Positions 25,644 through 38,361 of a stretch of DNA of 64,000 nucleotides are shown one piece after another; within the stretch, counting starts at the first letter, position 1, and every line of letters begins with the position of its first letter. A program made the position numbers and the translations under genes. This stretch comes from Somniosus microcephalus (Eukaryota). Location: the NCBI GenBank assembly GCA_052327205.1, contig CM126204.1:28458001-28522000 (forward strand), read 5' to 3'. The notes under the pieces were generated by a model that saw only the letters and a program-made list of their open reading frames with translations, had not been told where the DNA came from and did not search any database.

Positions 25644-26376
25644 AGGAGTGGAGTGGTTACAGTACTGGACTAGCAACTCAGAGGCTGCAAGTTCAAATCC
25701 GAGTTGGGAAATTGAACACAGTAAATCCGGTAATTTGTTGGCTAGCACCGGAAAAACTGACTATGAATGCTGTCAAATGATCATAAAAACTCAACTTGTT
25801 CACTTCAGGGAAGGCAACCTGCCACCAAGACGCTGTCTGGCCTAAACGTGACTCTAGTCCACACTACAGGAAACTTTCATTCAACCGGAGGTTAAATGTC
25901 CGGAAAGCTCTATCTACCGGCAAAATTCAGGAGCCGTTTCCTATAAGTTTTTTTTTACTTCTCGTTGCTTTTTTTTTCCCCCAGTCAGGCTCTGTAAGGT
26001 CTAGCTGAAGCTGTTGCTTAGCTACAGAGACGCTTTTAAGCTGCGGCCGACTGTTTTGAAGCTGTTGCTAAACAACAGGGTTTGTTGATTCACACGGCGC
26101 TCAAAAGCTCCGTATGTTTTAACATTAGCGCTGGTTTCTACGGCAGTTTTGATGGTATGGCACCAGCTCGGTCCAGTCAGTGCCGGATACCAGAAAGTTT
26201 CCTGTACATGGTTGACTCTTAATGACCTCTGAAGTAGACCAGCAAGTCACTCAGTTGTACAAACCATCACTATTCAAGAAAGCGGACCACCACCTTCGCA
26301 AGGCAACTAGAGATGGGCAATAAGTGTGGCCCTGTCAGCATCACCCACGTCCCAAGATCAACATTAAAAAAAAAAG
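25644..26376 (+). mobile_element. tRNA-derived SINE (MetaSINE-like) split by a MITE
   Basis: Head gtggttacagtactggactag..gttcaaatcc, centre ttcagggaaggcaacctgcc, and a tail shared with the LINE at 53306-54770. Confidence 0.7.
25867..26204. mobile_element. Tc1/mariner (Tigger-like) MITE, CAGGAAACT family
   Basis: TA|CAGGAAACTTT...AAAGTTTCCTG|TA. Confidence 0.88.
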
Positions 26377-28454
26377 AAACATTTGGGTTATTTTCATGAA
26401 AGAACCGCAGACTTAAGAGATATAGCTGAGATTTTTTTTATTAAATGGATTTTATCTCGTTTCATAGATAAGGGTGGGAGAACTGGGGCCATGATTCTAA
26501 AATGCGCAAAGATGCTAGGAAATATTTATTTTCAGAGAGAGTCTGGAACAGATTGCCAAAACGTACTGTGAGAATGGATTCCCTGCAATCCTTCATAAAG
26601 GCAATAGACAAGTTCCTGAGGGAGGACATTTTCAGTTATAAAAGGAAGTTGCAAATAGAGAGATACATGAGGCACCGTAGTCTCCTGGAGCTTGCTTGAT
26701 TGCATCGGGGGTCAGGGAGTCATTTCTTGGTGCTTTTTCCCTACTAAATCAAGGTTCTTGGAAGCAGTTTTAGCAATGGAGGAGAGCGAATAAAGCCCAA
26801 AAAAGTTGATTAAGAAGGACTAGGGTAAAGCCAAAAGGCAAGAGGTGGTAGCTGCTGGCTAGACTTGAGAGAAACATGAAGACATGGCCTTTGAAGACAC
26901 TTATAGAATAAAAAGCCCACAAAATTCTAATTGTCCCACTGAAGGGCAGCTCTAAAAATAGATTTACAGAAATTGGAGCAAGGACAAAGTAAGAGACCAG
27001 GTGATAGAGGCAGAATTTTTATGTGCAATAAGCAGAACATTATTTGGAGACAGAAAAATAGGCCTGATTGAAGCAAGATGTATTACAGGCTTCACAGAAG
27101 GGAAGAGTGAAGGCATGATATCTTCCATGCCAGCTGGAACAACATCAGTTACTTCAGGTAGAAAGGTCAGAAAAATGAAAGCAGTAGTTGAATCAGGCAA
27201 AGGTAGCAAAGAATTCTCAAAGAGCACCTCAGTTGGCTGACATACAGAGTCAAACAAAATGGGCCTCAAGAGTGTCATTTGTTGTGTGGCGTACCACAAG
27301 AGGCATCCAAGCAAGGGAGGTGACGAGATAGGAGCCAGTCTAAGAGTTAATACTGAAGGTAAGGAAAATATCCAGGACATTAGATGGATTAGCAGGATCG
27401 TCAGGATTATTGGCAGGACAATTTTTAAAACAATAACTCAAAGTGCTTTTGTACAATACTGAAAAGTTTTAAAATGTAATCATGCACCATACCATAATAA
27501 TAGGGGACATTTTGTGCCCACGATTTCCAAGTTCCCAATCTTGGCTATGCTGTCAAGGAGAGATGCAGAGTGAAAAAAGGGATAATTTGGGGGGGGGGGG
27601 GGGTGGGGAAAGAGTTATCCCAGGCTATCCTTATGCATTTCCTAGCACATGTTAAGAGCAGCATTGTCAGAGATCTGCAAAGACCTCACGCTCTTAAATG
27701 TGGGAACACTTTTTTTTTAAAAAAGCTTTAAATATACTGAAGTCACTTGGTGAATTACAAAGGTTGCTGGAAAGTTCTTTACCATGAAGGGGCCACAGGC
27801 AAGGCATTTTTCAAATGCTTTATTCAAGGAAATAAAGAGTACATGATGGAATAAATCTGCAGAGGCAAAATGATTAATTGCCAAATATAGGAGCCAAATA
27901 AATAATGCAGGAATTATGCTCTGCAGAGTTCAATGCATTTTACATGTTTCAAGGTGTTTTATCACCTATTCATTTGGACTTCTAAACCATTTTCTTAAGC
28001 ACACTTGCCAAAGACAATACCCAGCATGGAACACTGCAGAAAATTCAAAATACCAACACCAAGGTATCATACTGTCACAATGTACTCCAGGAAGGATAAG
28101 GAATGAAACTGCTTAAACTATAGTGTTACAACTAGTTTATCCAAATACAGAAGTACATGGTTTAAACAAAATTCTTGGCTCAGGACAATGTTGAGACTTT
28201 ATAGTGGTTATTGGTTTTAACTCTGCTACATTTAGGTTGCTCACTGGTGCCTGCTGCACTGTTAAGTAGAAGCTCATATCAAATACCAATCTTAAGCTTT
28301 CAGGACTGTCAACCGATGTCAGGTCTGAGTTCCTTCAATCTTAAACTACCACCATTCAGATAGAACTAGGTTGTAGGATCATCTGGTGACCTCACAATCC
28401 AGTTAGCTAGTTGACCCTAACAACTCTAAACCCAATGCCAATATCTGCTTGAAA

Positions 28455-28686
28455 ATAAAAGACTTGCATTTATACAGCGCCTTTCACGCCCACCGGACAT
28501 CCCAAAGCGCTTTACAGCCAGTGAAGTACTTTTTGAAGTGTAATCACTGTTATAATGTAGGAAACACTGCAGACAATTTGCGCACAGCAAGCTCCCACAA
28601 ACAGCAATGTGATAATGACCAGATAATCTGTATTTTAGTAATTGATAATCTGTATTTTGTTCGAGGGATAAATATTGGCCAGGACA
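28455..28686 (-). mobile_element. Deu-SINE 3' half (5' half at 31176-31390)
   Basis: The SINE breaks at ggccaGGACA and resumes at GGACAccgggg after a CR1 insertion. Confidence 0.85.
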
Positions 28687-31175
28687 AAAGAAATAGGTGC
28701 AGGAGTAGGCCATTTGGCACCTCGAGCCTGCTCCGCCATTCAGTAAGATCATGGCTGAACTTCTACCTCAACGCCACTTCCCTGCACGATTCCCATATCC
28801 CTCGATTCCTTTAATATCCAAAAATCTAGCGATCTCTGTCTTGAATATACTCAATGACTGAGCCTCCACAGACCTCTGGGGTAGAGAATTCCAAAGATTC
28901 ACCACCCTCAGTGAAGAAATTTCTCCTCATCTCAGTCCTAAATGGCCGGCCCCTTATTCTGAGACTGTGACCCCTGGTTCTAGACTCCCCAGCCAGGGGA
29001 AACATCCTCCCTGCATCTACCCTGTCAAGCCCTGTAAGAATTTTGTATGTTTCACTGAGATCATCTCTCATTCTTCTAAACTAGGCCTAGTCTAATCAAT
29101 CTCTCCTCATAGGACAAAACCCCCATCCCAGGAATCAGTCTGGTGAACCTTCATTACACTCCCTCTATGGCAAGTATATCCTTTGCTTAGGTAAGGAGAC
29201 CAAAACTGTACACAATACTCCAGGTGTGGTCTCACCAGGGCCCTGTATAATTGCAGCAAGACATCTTTACTCTTATACTCAAATCATAGAAACATAGAAG
29301 ATAGGAGCAGGAGTAGGCCATTCGGCCCTTCGAGCCTGCTCCACCATTCAATGAGATCATGGCTGATCGTTCAAATTCAGTACCCTGTCGCTGCCTTCTC
29401 CCCATATCCCTGGATCCCTTTAGCCTCAAGAAATATATCCAACTCTTTCTTGAATATATTTAATGAACTGGCCTCCACCGCCCTCTGTGGCAGAGAGTTC
29501 CACAGGTTCACCACTCTCTGGGTGAAGAAATTCCTCCTCATTTCAGTCCTAAATGTCCTACCCTTATCCTTAGACTATGACCCCTGGTTCTGGACTCCCC
29601 GACCATCGGGAACATCCTTCCAGCATCTAGTCTGTCCAGGCCTGACAGAATTTTATAAGTTTCGATGAGATCCCCTCTCAATCTTCTAAACTCCAGTGAG
29701 TATAAGCCCAATCGACACAATCTCTCCTCATACGTCATTCCTGCCATCCCAGGTATCAGCCTGGTGAATCTTCACTGCACTCCTTCCATGGCAAGAACGT
29801 CCTTCCTCAGATAAGGCAACCAAAACTGCACACAATACTCAAGGTGCGGTCTCACCAAGGCCCTGTACAACTGTAGCAAGACATCCCTGTTCCTGTACTC
29901 GAACCCTCTTGCTACGAAGGCCAACATACCATTTGCCTTCTTAACCGCCTGCTGCACCGGCATGCTTACCTTCAGCGACTGGTGTACAAGAACACCCAGG
30001 TCTCTTTGCACTTCCCCTTCTCCCAATCTATTGCCATTCAAATAATAATGTGCCTTCCTGTTTTTGCCACCAAAGTGGATAACCTCACATTTATCCACAT
30101 TATAGTGCATTTGCCATGTTTCTGCCCAATCACCTAACCTGTCCAAATCGTCCTGGAGTTTCATGACATCCTCCTCGCAGCATACCCTCCCACCCAGCTT
30201 TGTGTCGTCTGCAAATTTGGAGATATTACATCCAATTCCCTCGTCCAGATCATTAATATATATTGTGAACAGCTGGGGTCCTAGGACCGATCCTTGCGGT
30301 ACCCCACTAATCACTGCCTACCACTCGGAAAACGACCCGTTTATTCCAACATTACATTTATTACAAATCCTCTTGTAAGAAAGGCCAACATACCATTTGC
30401 TTTCTTAATTGCTTGCTGAACCTGCATGTTAACTTTCAGTGATTCGTGTACGAGGACACCCAGGTCCCTCTGAACACCAACATTTCCCATTTAAAAAACT
30501 CTGCTTTTCTGTTTTTCCTACCAAAGTGGATAACTTCACATTTCTCCACATAACATTCCATTTGCCATGTTCTTGCCCACTCACTTAGCCTGTCTATATC
30601 CCGTTGAAGGCTCTTTGCATCCTCCTGACAACTTACATGCCCACCCAGCTTTGTATCATCACCAAACTTGGATATATTACATTTGGTCCCCTCATCCAAA
30701 TCATTGATATAGATTGTGAAGAGCTTAGGCCCAAGCACTGATCCTTGCGGTACCCCACTAGTTACAGCCTGCCAACCCGAAAATGACTTGTTTATTCCTA
30801 CTCTCTGTTTTCTGTCCGTTAACCAATCCTCAATCCATGTTAGTATATTACCCCCAATCCCATGAGCCCTAATTTTGTTTAATAACCTCTTGTGTGGCAC
30901 CTTATCGAATGTGACACCACATTCACTGGTTCCCCCTTACCTATTCTGCTGGTTACAACCTCAAAAAATTCTAACAGATTTGTCAAACACGATTTCCCTT
31001 TCATAAATCCATGTTGACTCTGCCCAATCCTATTATTATTTTCTAAGTGCCCTGTTACCACGTCCTTAATAATAGATTCTATCATTTTCCCTACTACTGA
31101 CGTTAGGCTAACTGGTCTGTAGTTCCCTGTTTTCTCTCCCTCCTTTCTTAAATAGTGGGGTTACATTTGCTACTG
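28687..31175 (-). mobile_element. 5'-truncated CR1 inserted in the Deu-SINE and containing a nested younger CR1
   Basis: RT ORFs 30879-31085, 30436-30900 and 28826-29071; GGACA is duplicated at both ends. Confidence 0.9.
29286..30363 (-). mobile_element. Young 5'-truncated CR1 nested in the older CR1
   Basis: ORFs 29772-30314 and 29538-29747; TSD CAAATC (29280-29285, 30364-30369). Confidence 0.92.
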
Positions 31176-31390
31176 GACACCGGGGATAACTCCCCTGCTC
31201 TTCTTCGAAATAGTGCCATGGGACCTTTTACGTCCTCGGTTTAATTTCTCATCCGAAAGACAGCACCTTCGACAGCGCAGCACTTCCTCAGTAATGCACT
31301 AGATTTTTTGTGCTCAAGGCTCTGGAGTGAGACTTGAACCCACAACCTTTCAGAGTTGAGGGTGCTGCCAACTGAGCCACAGCGGACACT
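31176..31390 (-). mobile_element. Deu-SINE 5' half including the tRNA-like head
   Basis: Continues 28455-28686; gacttgaacccacaacc is a B-box-like motif on the minus strand. Confidence 0.82.
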
Positions 31391-32844
31391 GGTGAAAACT
31401 GCAAGAATAAAGCATACTCAGCTTCCGGTGCCACCCAGGAAAAGCAGATAACCGCGCCCAAATCTGGAGTTGCTCTCCTCTCCTCTCCTCCCCTCCCCAG
31501 TGTCTCCTCATCCAAAACTAGTTCCCAGACTAGACCATGAGCCCTATCTGCGAGTCTTGGAAAACTTGCCAGATTCCCTAGTCAGTTCTCCATAAAGTCC
31601 AAGAGGATCAGTGATCACTAACAGCTGATCTCCTGGCTTCCAGCATTCAACCATACTGCTCAAAATAACAGATGCCATCTTGGCAAAAGTGCTAATCCTG
31701 TTTGCAGGCTAGCTCACCAAGCTCCCACTTTGTTTCAGGAGTTCCGCAAATATAGAATTGAGCACGGGATCTCCTTCAGCTTGGAAATGTAAATTCTCAG
31801 GCAGAACACTGGATAAAGATTGGTTTATTTGAACCCCATGGTTTCTCTGTTCCTGCGCCCCTTTAAAATTGTACCATTTAGTTTATACTGCCTCTCGTAA
31901 TTCTTCCTCCCAAAATGCATCACTTCACACATTGCCTAATATCCTACTCAAACTCATTCTTTCTCGGGATCTCAAAACTGTGGAGCTCTTTATCTCCCTC
32001 AATTTTTATTTTCTCCTATTCAGCTTTCTAAAATCCAAACGCAACACCACATTATTATTTTCTCCTCTCTGACTTACCTGGTCTTCTCGTTTACCCTCGT
32101 CAACTTTGGTGGTGTCTTGCACTATGGTACTTCATTGTTAATTATGATATCACCCTAAAATAGTTATCCATAAAATGTTAGATTGCAAAAGTTGCCCTTG
32201 TCTAGTGTCAATGGCCAGTTTGAAATAGTTACCATTGTGAATTGCAGTAGTTGGGTTGACTGTACAGTGATGCGTTATACCAGAAATACTTGAAGGGAAA
32301 AAAAATACAGGGCTTTGGGGGGGAAGAAGCTCTACCAAAGAGCTGGCACATGCCGACTGACCACCTTCTGCGCTGTAGCGTACTAGGATATCTGTACTTT
32401 TATGCATCTGTCGATTATATGTTGAAATTAATAAGTAGCTTTTAAGATTTGCAAGTGAAATATTTGGCGAGAGTGTAATTTGGCTGCCAAACGTGTTCAA
32501 AGGCTTTGATCAAACAATACTAGTTTTATTAAAGTATTCGGTCAAGGTGTTCTCCAGAAATGTCACTGAATTTTTCACAAGGGGAGAAAAAGGAGGGTGA
32601 CAGATGAAGAAGTTAATTATGTGGAAGAAAATTAACATGGAAAGTTTAATCAAGGCAATTATCCATACCAAAATAAAAATGTGGGAATAAAAATCAGTCA
32701 ACGTTAGAAGTTAATGTTATCAGTCTCCAAACACATGGCATTTATACAAAAGCAAAATACCGCGGATGCTGGAAATCTGAAATAAAAACAGAAAATGCTG
32801 GAAATACTCAGCAGGTCAGGCAGCATCTGTGGAGAGAGAAACAG

Positions 32845-32881
32845 AGTTAACGTTTCAGGTCGATGACCCTTCATCAGAACT
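32845..32881 (-). ncRNA. Minimal type I hammerhead ribozyme motif in the Penelope terminus
   Basis: Minus strand AGTT CTGATGA A GGGTC-ATC-GACCT GAAA CG TT AACT: stem I AGUU/AACU, stem II, palindromic ACGU stem III and UH site. Confidence 0.78.
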
Positions 32882-33613
32882 GGAAAAAGTTAGAGAGGCA
32901 ACAGATTTTTAAGCAAGTGCAGGGACAGGGAAAGGGGGGGGGGGGGGGGAGGGGGAAGAAAGAACAAAGGGAAGGTCTGAGATAGGATGGAAGGCAGGAG
33001 ATTAAAAGACAAAAAGGGATGATGTTGTAAGGCAAAAGGAGATGGTAATGGGACAAGGTAAGAAACAAAAGATGAGTCTAGATAAGGTGTAAATGGGAAT
33101 GGCAGAATCTTCAATAACTGCTATGTGAAACAAAGAATAGGGGTCGAGGTTACGGTCTAAAATTGCTGAACTTTATGTGGAGTCCAGAAGGCTGTAAAGT
33201 GCCTATTCAAAAGATGAGGAGCTGTTCCTCAAGCTTATGTTGAGCTTCGTTGGAACAGTGCAAGAGGCCAAGGACGGAGAGGTCACAGTGGGAGTGGAGC
33301 GGAGAATTAAAGCGACAGGTGACCGGAAGCTTATGGGCTGAACGGAGGTATTCCGCAAAGCAGTCACCTAATCTGCGTTTGGTCTCCCCAATGTAGAGGA
33401 GACCGCATCGTGAACGGCAAATGCAGTATACTAACACTGCAAGTACAAGTAAATCGCTGTTTCACCTGTGTTTGGAGCCCTGGACAGTGGGAAGGGAGGA
33501 GGTAAAAGGGCAGGTGTTGCACTTGCATGGAAAAGTGCCGTAGGAAGGGGAAGGGATGTTAGGGGTGATTGAGGAGTGGACCAGGGTGTCGTGGAGGGAA
33601 CGGTCCCTTCGGA

Positions 33614-34070
33614 ATTTTTTTTTAAATTAGTTCACGGGACGTGGGCGTCGCTGGCAAGGCCAGCATTTATTGCCCATCTCTACTTGCCCTTGAAAAGGTG
33701 GTGGTGGTGAGCTGCCTTCTTGAACCGCTGTAGTCAGTGTGGTGCTGTAACGGTTTGGTACAACTGAGTGGCTTGCTAGGCCATTTCAGAGGGCAGTTAA
33801 AAGAGTGAACCACATTGCTGTGGGTCTGGAGTCACATACAGGCCAGATTGGGTAAGGACGGCAGATTTCCTTCCCTGAAGGACATTAATGAACCAGATGG
33901 GTTTTTACAACAATCCGGAAGTTTCATGGTCACCATTATTGATACTGGCTTTTTATTCCAGATTTATTTAATTAACTGAATTTAAATTCCCCAGCTGCCG
34001 TGGTGGGATTTGAACTCACGTCCAGGCCTCTGGATTACTAGACCAGTAACATAACCACTATGCTACCGTT
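33614..34070 (-). mobile_element. tRNA-derived SINE (MetaSINE-like) inserted in the Penelope element
   Basis: Head GGTAGCATAGTGGTTATG..GAGTTCAAATCCC; centre GTAAAAACCCATCTGGTTCATTAATGTCCTTCAGGGAAGGAAATCTGCC; tail GATGGGCAATAAATGCTGGCCTTGCCAGCGACGCCCAC plus poly(A). Confidence 0.8.
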
Positions 34071-34687
34071 TCCGTTAGCATTGCTGAAAGGAGAGGGGAG
34101 GGGAAGATGCGTTTGGTGGTGGGATCACACTAGAGGTGGCGGAAAATGATCTGTTGAATGTGGAGGCGGGTGGGGTGAAAGGGGAGGACAAGGGGAACCC
34201 TGTCGTGGTGCTGGAAGGGAGTGGAAGGGGAAGGGGTGGGGCGAGAGCAGAAGTGCAGGAAATAGAACATACACGGTTGAGGGCCATGTCAACCATGGTA
34301 GAGAGGAATCCTTGCTTGAGTAAAAGGTGGACATATCGGAAGCACTAGTATGGAAGGTGGCATCGTCAGAGCAGATGCGACGGAGAAACTGGGGGAATGG
34401 AATAGAGTCCTTACAGGAAGCGAGGTGGGAGAAAATGTCATCCAGGTAGCTGTGGGAGTCAGTGGACATATAGTGAATGTTTTTCAATAGTCTATCCCCA
34501 GAAATGGAGACAGAGAAGTCGAGGAAGGGAAGGGAAGAGTCTGAGATGGACCATGTGAAGGTCAGGGAAGGGTGGAAATTGGAAGCAAAGTGAATGAAAT
34601 TTTCCAGTTCAGGGCGTGAACGGGAAACGGCATCCGGCATCGATACAGTCATCAATGTACCGAAAAAAGAGGTGAGGGAGGGGACCC

Positions 34688-35164
34688 AGGCTGATACCTG
34701 GGATGGCAGGAATGACGTATGAGGAGAGATTGGGTCGATTGGGCTTGTACTCGCTGGAGTTTAGAAGAATGAGAGGGGATCTCATTGAAACTTATAAAAT
34801 TCTGGCAGGACTAGACAGACTAGATGCAGGGAGGATGTTCCCGGTGGTCAGGGAATCCAGAACCAGGGGTCACAGTCTAAGGATAAGGGGTAGGCGTTTT
34901 AGGACAGAAATGAGGAGGAATTTCTTCACCCAGAGAGTGGTGAACCTGTGGAATTCTCTACCACAGAAGGCAGTAGAGGCCAATTCATTAAATATATTCA
35001 AGAAGGAGTTGGATATATTTCTTAAGGCTAAAGGGATCAAGGGGTATGGGGAGAAAGCAGGTACTGGGTACTGAACTTGGATGATCAGCCATGATCGCAT
35101 TGAATGGCGGAGCAGGCTCGAGGGGCCGAATGGCCTACTCCTGCTCCTATCTTCTATGTTTCTA
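34688..35164 (+). mobile_element. Short young CR1 3' insertion
   Basis: ORF 34703-35074 ends GYGEKAGTGY; GACC is repeated at both junctions. Confidence 0.92.
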
Positions 35165-35195
35165 TGACCGGAGTAGGACTGGAACAAAGAATGTT

Positions 35196-36790
35196 CTTTA
35201 TTGAATTTTTTGTGGAGGTAACAAGGAGGGTCGATGAGGGTAGTGCATTTGATGTTGTCTATATGGATTTTAGCAAGGCTTTTGGGTCCCCCATGACAGA
35301 CTGGTCACGAAAGTAAAAGCCCATGGGATCCAAGGCAAAGTGGCAAGTTGGATCCCCAATTGGCTCAGAGGCAGGAAACAAAGGGTAATGGTCGAAGGGT
35401 GTTTTTGTGACTGGAAGGCCGTTTCCAGTGAGGTTCCGCAGGGTTCAGTACTGGGTCCTTTGCTTTTTGTGGTATATATCAATGATTTGGACTTGAATGT
35501 AGGGAGTATGATTAAGAAGTTTGCAGATGATACAAAAATTGGCCATGTGGTTGATGAAGAGGAAAGCTGTAGACTGCAGGAAGATGTCAATGGACTGGTC
35601 AGGTGGGCAGAACAGTGGCAAATGGAATTCAATCAGGAGAAGTGTGAGGTAATGCATTTGTGGAGGGCTAACAAGGCAAGAGAATACACAATAAATGGTA
35701 GGACACTGAGTAGTGTAGAGGAACAAAGGGACCTTGGAGTGCATGTCCACAGATCCCTGAAGGTAGCAGGCCAAGTAGATAAGGTGGTTAAGAAGGCATA
35801 CGGGATACTTGCCTTTATTAGCCGAGGCATAGAATATAAGAGCAGGGAGGATATGCTTGAACTGTATAAAACACTAGTTAGGCAGCAGCTAGAATACTGC
35901 GTACAGTTCTGGTCACCACATTACAGAAAGGATGCGATTGCACGAGAGAGGGTGAAGAGGAGATTTACGAGGGTGGTGCCTGGGCTGGGGAATTTTAGCG
36001 ATGAGGAAAGACTGGATAGGCTGGGGTTGTTTTCTTTGGAACAGAGGAGGCTGAGGGGAGACCTAATTGAGGTATATAAAATGAGGGGCCTAGATAGAGT
36101 GTATAGGAAGAACCCATTTCCCTTAGCAGAGGGGTCAACAAACATGGGGCACAGATTTAAAGTAATTGGTAGGCAGTTTAGAGGGGAATCTGAGGAGAAT
36201 TTTTTTCACCCAGAGGGCGGCGGGGCTCTGGAACTCACTGCCTGAAAGGGTGGTAGAGGCAGAAACCCTCATCACATTTAAAAACTACAGGAAACTCTCT
36301 TTTTACCGGCACCTAAATAACCAGAAATCTCTCTTAACCGGAAAAATTCAGGAGTAGGTTCAGGTAAGTTTTACTTCATATTAGTGGCCGTGTAACTGGG
36401 GTTCCTGGATCTGTGGCCGTGTAACCGGGGTTCCTGCACCTGTTGCCATGCAACAGGGACGCCTGGATCTGTGGCCGTGTAACCGGGGTTCCTGCACCTG
36501 TTGCCATGCAACAGGGACGCCTGGATCTATGGCCGTGTACAGGGCTCTCGTACCTTAGTAAGTATACCTCTCTGTAATCCGGACTTTTTGATCAACCGGC
36601 ACCACGCCGGTCCCATCGGTGCTGGATAAAAAATTTTTTTCCTGTATTTGGATATGCACTTGAAGTGCCGTAACCTACAAGGATATGGACCAAATGCTGG
36701 AATGTGAAATTAGGCTGGATAGCTCTGTCAGCCGGCACGGACAAGATGGGCTGAATGGCCTCCTTCTGTGTTGTAAATTTCTATGATTCT
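35196..36790 (+). mobile_element. CR1 (different subfamily), 5'-truncated and split by a MITE
   Basis: RT ORF 35340-36245 ([15 protein letters not shown]) and CR1 tail ending tttctatgattct. Confidence 0.92.
36288..36644. mobile_element. Tigger-like MITE with an internal 29/58-bp tandem repeat
   Basis: TA|CAGGAAACT...TTTCCTG|TA; 58-bp units at 36413-36470 and 36471-36528. Confidence 0.85.
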
Positions 36791-37654
36791 ACATATCCCA
36801 CAAAAAGGCAGGCATAGCTAGGACCCATGTGGGTTCCCATAGCAACACCGTTAACTTGGAGGAAGTGAGTGGATTCAAAGGAGAAGTTGTTCAATGTGAG
36901 AACAAGTTCAGCCAGGCGGAGGAGGGTGGTGGTGGATGGGCCCTGGTTGGGCCTCTGTTCAAGAAGCGGAGCGCCCTCAGGCTGCCCTGGTGGGGGATGG
37001 AGGTGTAGAGAGAGAGAGATTGAACGTCCATAGTGAAAAAGGACAGTTGGGGCCAGGAAACTGTCGAAGTGGCGGAGGGCGTCGGAAGAGTCGTGGATGT
37101 AGGTGGGAAGAGACTGGACAAGTGGAGAAAAAAAAGAGTTGCTAGGAAGCAATCAGTTCTGTGGGGCAAGAATAGGCTGAAACGATGGGTCTGCCAGGGC
37201 AGTCCTGTTTGTGGATCTTGGGATTTATGTTTTTTTTTAATTTTATTTTGAAATAGTTTTTGAAATTGTAACTCTGATGTGTCTTCTGAGGTTTGCCATT
37301 TTTTGGAGAAATTAAAGAATTAAAGCTGTCCTATTATTACTCAAACTGTAAGTAAAAGTATGTACAAGCCCATATGGCTGACTAATACCTTTTTTGTAAA
37401 CTACTTTAAAACTCTTGATCCTTTTGCAGAGGCATATTGTAATAGCTTTTATTATTCAGGTATATAAATATTGTTTATATGAGAAACTGTCAACTGGCAG
37501 GAGGGTCAGTAACCAGGGGACTCAAGCTTAAGAGAAGTTGCAAAAGAACCAGAGGGCAGGTGAGGAGAGTTTTTTCTCTGTCGCAAGTTATGTTCTGGAA
37601 TGCACTGCCTGAAAGGGTGGTAGCAGATTCAATAGTATCTTGCAAAACTATTGG

Positions 37655-38043
37655 GACTTGAGCACAAAAATCTAGGCTGACACTCTAGTGCAATGCTGAG
37701 GGAGTGCCGCACTGTCGGAGCTGCTGTCTTTCGGATGAGTCGTTAAACCGAGGCCCCGTCTGCTCCCTCAGGTGGACGTAAAAGATCTTATGGCAGTAAT
37801 TCGAAGAAGAACAGTGGAATTATCCCCGGTGTCCGAGCGAATATTTATCCCTCAATGAACATCACTAGAACAGATGATCTAGTCATCATTTTGCTGTTTG
37901 TGGGAGCTTGCTGTGAGCAAATTGGCTGCCGCGTTTCCTACATTACAACAGTGTAACACTTTCAAAAAGTACTTCATTCGCTGTAAAGCGCTTTGGGATG
38001 TTCAATGGTCGTGAAAGGCGCTATATAAATGCAAGTATCTCTT
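37655..38043 (+). mobile_element. Deu-SINE inserted in CR1 3' remnants (approx. 37455-38290)
   Basis: gacttgagcacaaaaatctaggctgacact..aaaggcgctatataaatgcaag. Confidence 0.88.
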
Positions 38044-38361
38044 TAAGGGAATTGGATATATACTTGAAATGGAAAGGCTTGCAGGGGAGTGGGACTAATT
38101 GGATAGCTTTTTCAAAGATAGGGTGGTGGAAACAGATTCAATAGTAGCCTTCAAAAGGGAAACACTTGGAGAAAAAAAATTGCAGGGATATGGGGAAAGA
38201 GCGGGGGAGTGGGACTGACTGGATTGCTCGTCGAAAGAGCCGGTACAGGCATGATGGGGCGAATGGCCTCCTTCTGTGTTGTAAGAGTCGATGATGTCTT
38301 GATTTGCTGTTTAAGAGGAATTGGAGAGGACATTCAATGGAGTACTGACCATATTACTGTA

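Larger units (their letters stand above)
32746..37218 (-). mobile_element. Penelope-like element (RT plus GIY-YIG endonuclease), degraded and interrupted by SINE, CR1 and MITE insertions
   Basis: GIY-YIG LVYCI.CGLLYIGETKRRL (33207-33437). RT pieces NFHPSLTFTWSIS..LPFLD (34125-34655) and NNFSF..FLQVNGVAMGTHMGPSYACLFVGYVE (36781-37152). Flanks TGGCATTTAT / TGGGATTTAT form a near-TSD. Confidence 0.88.
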
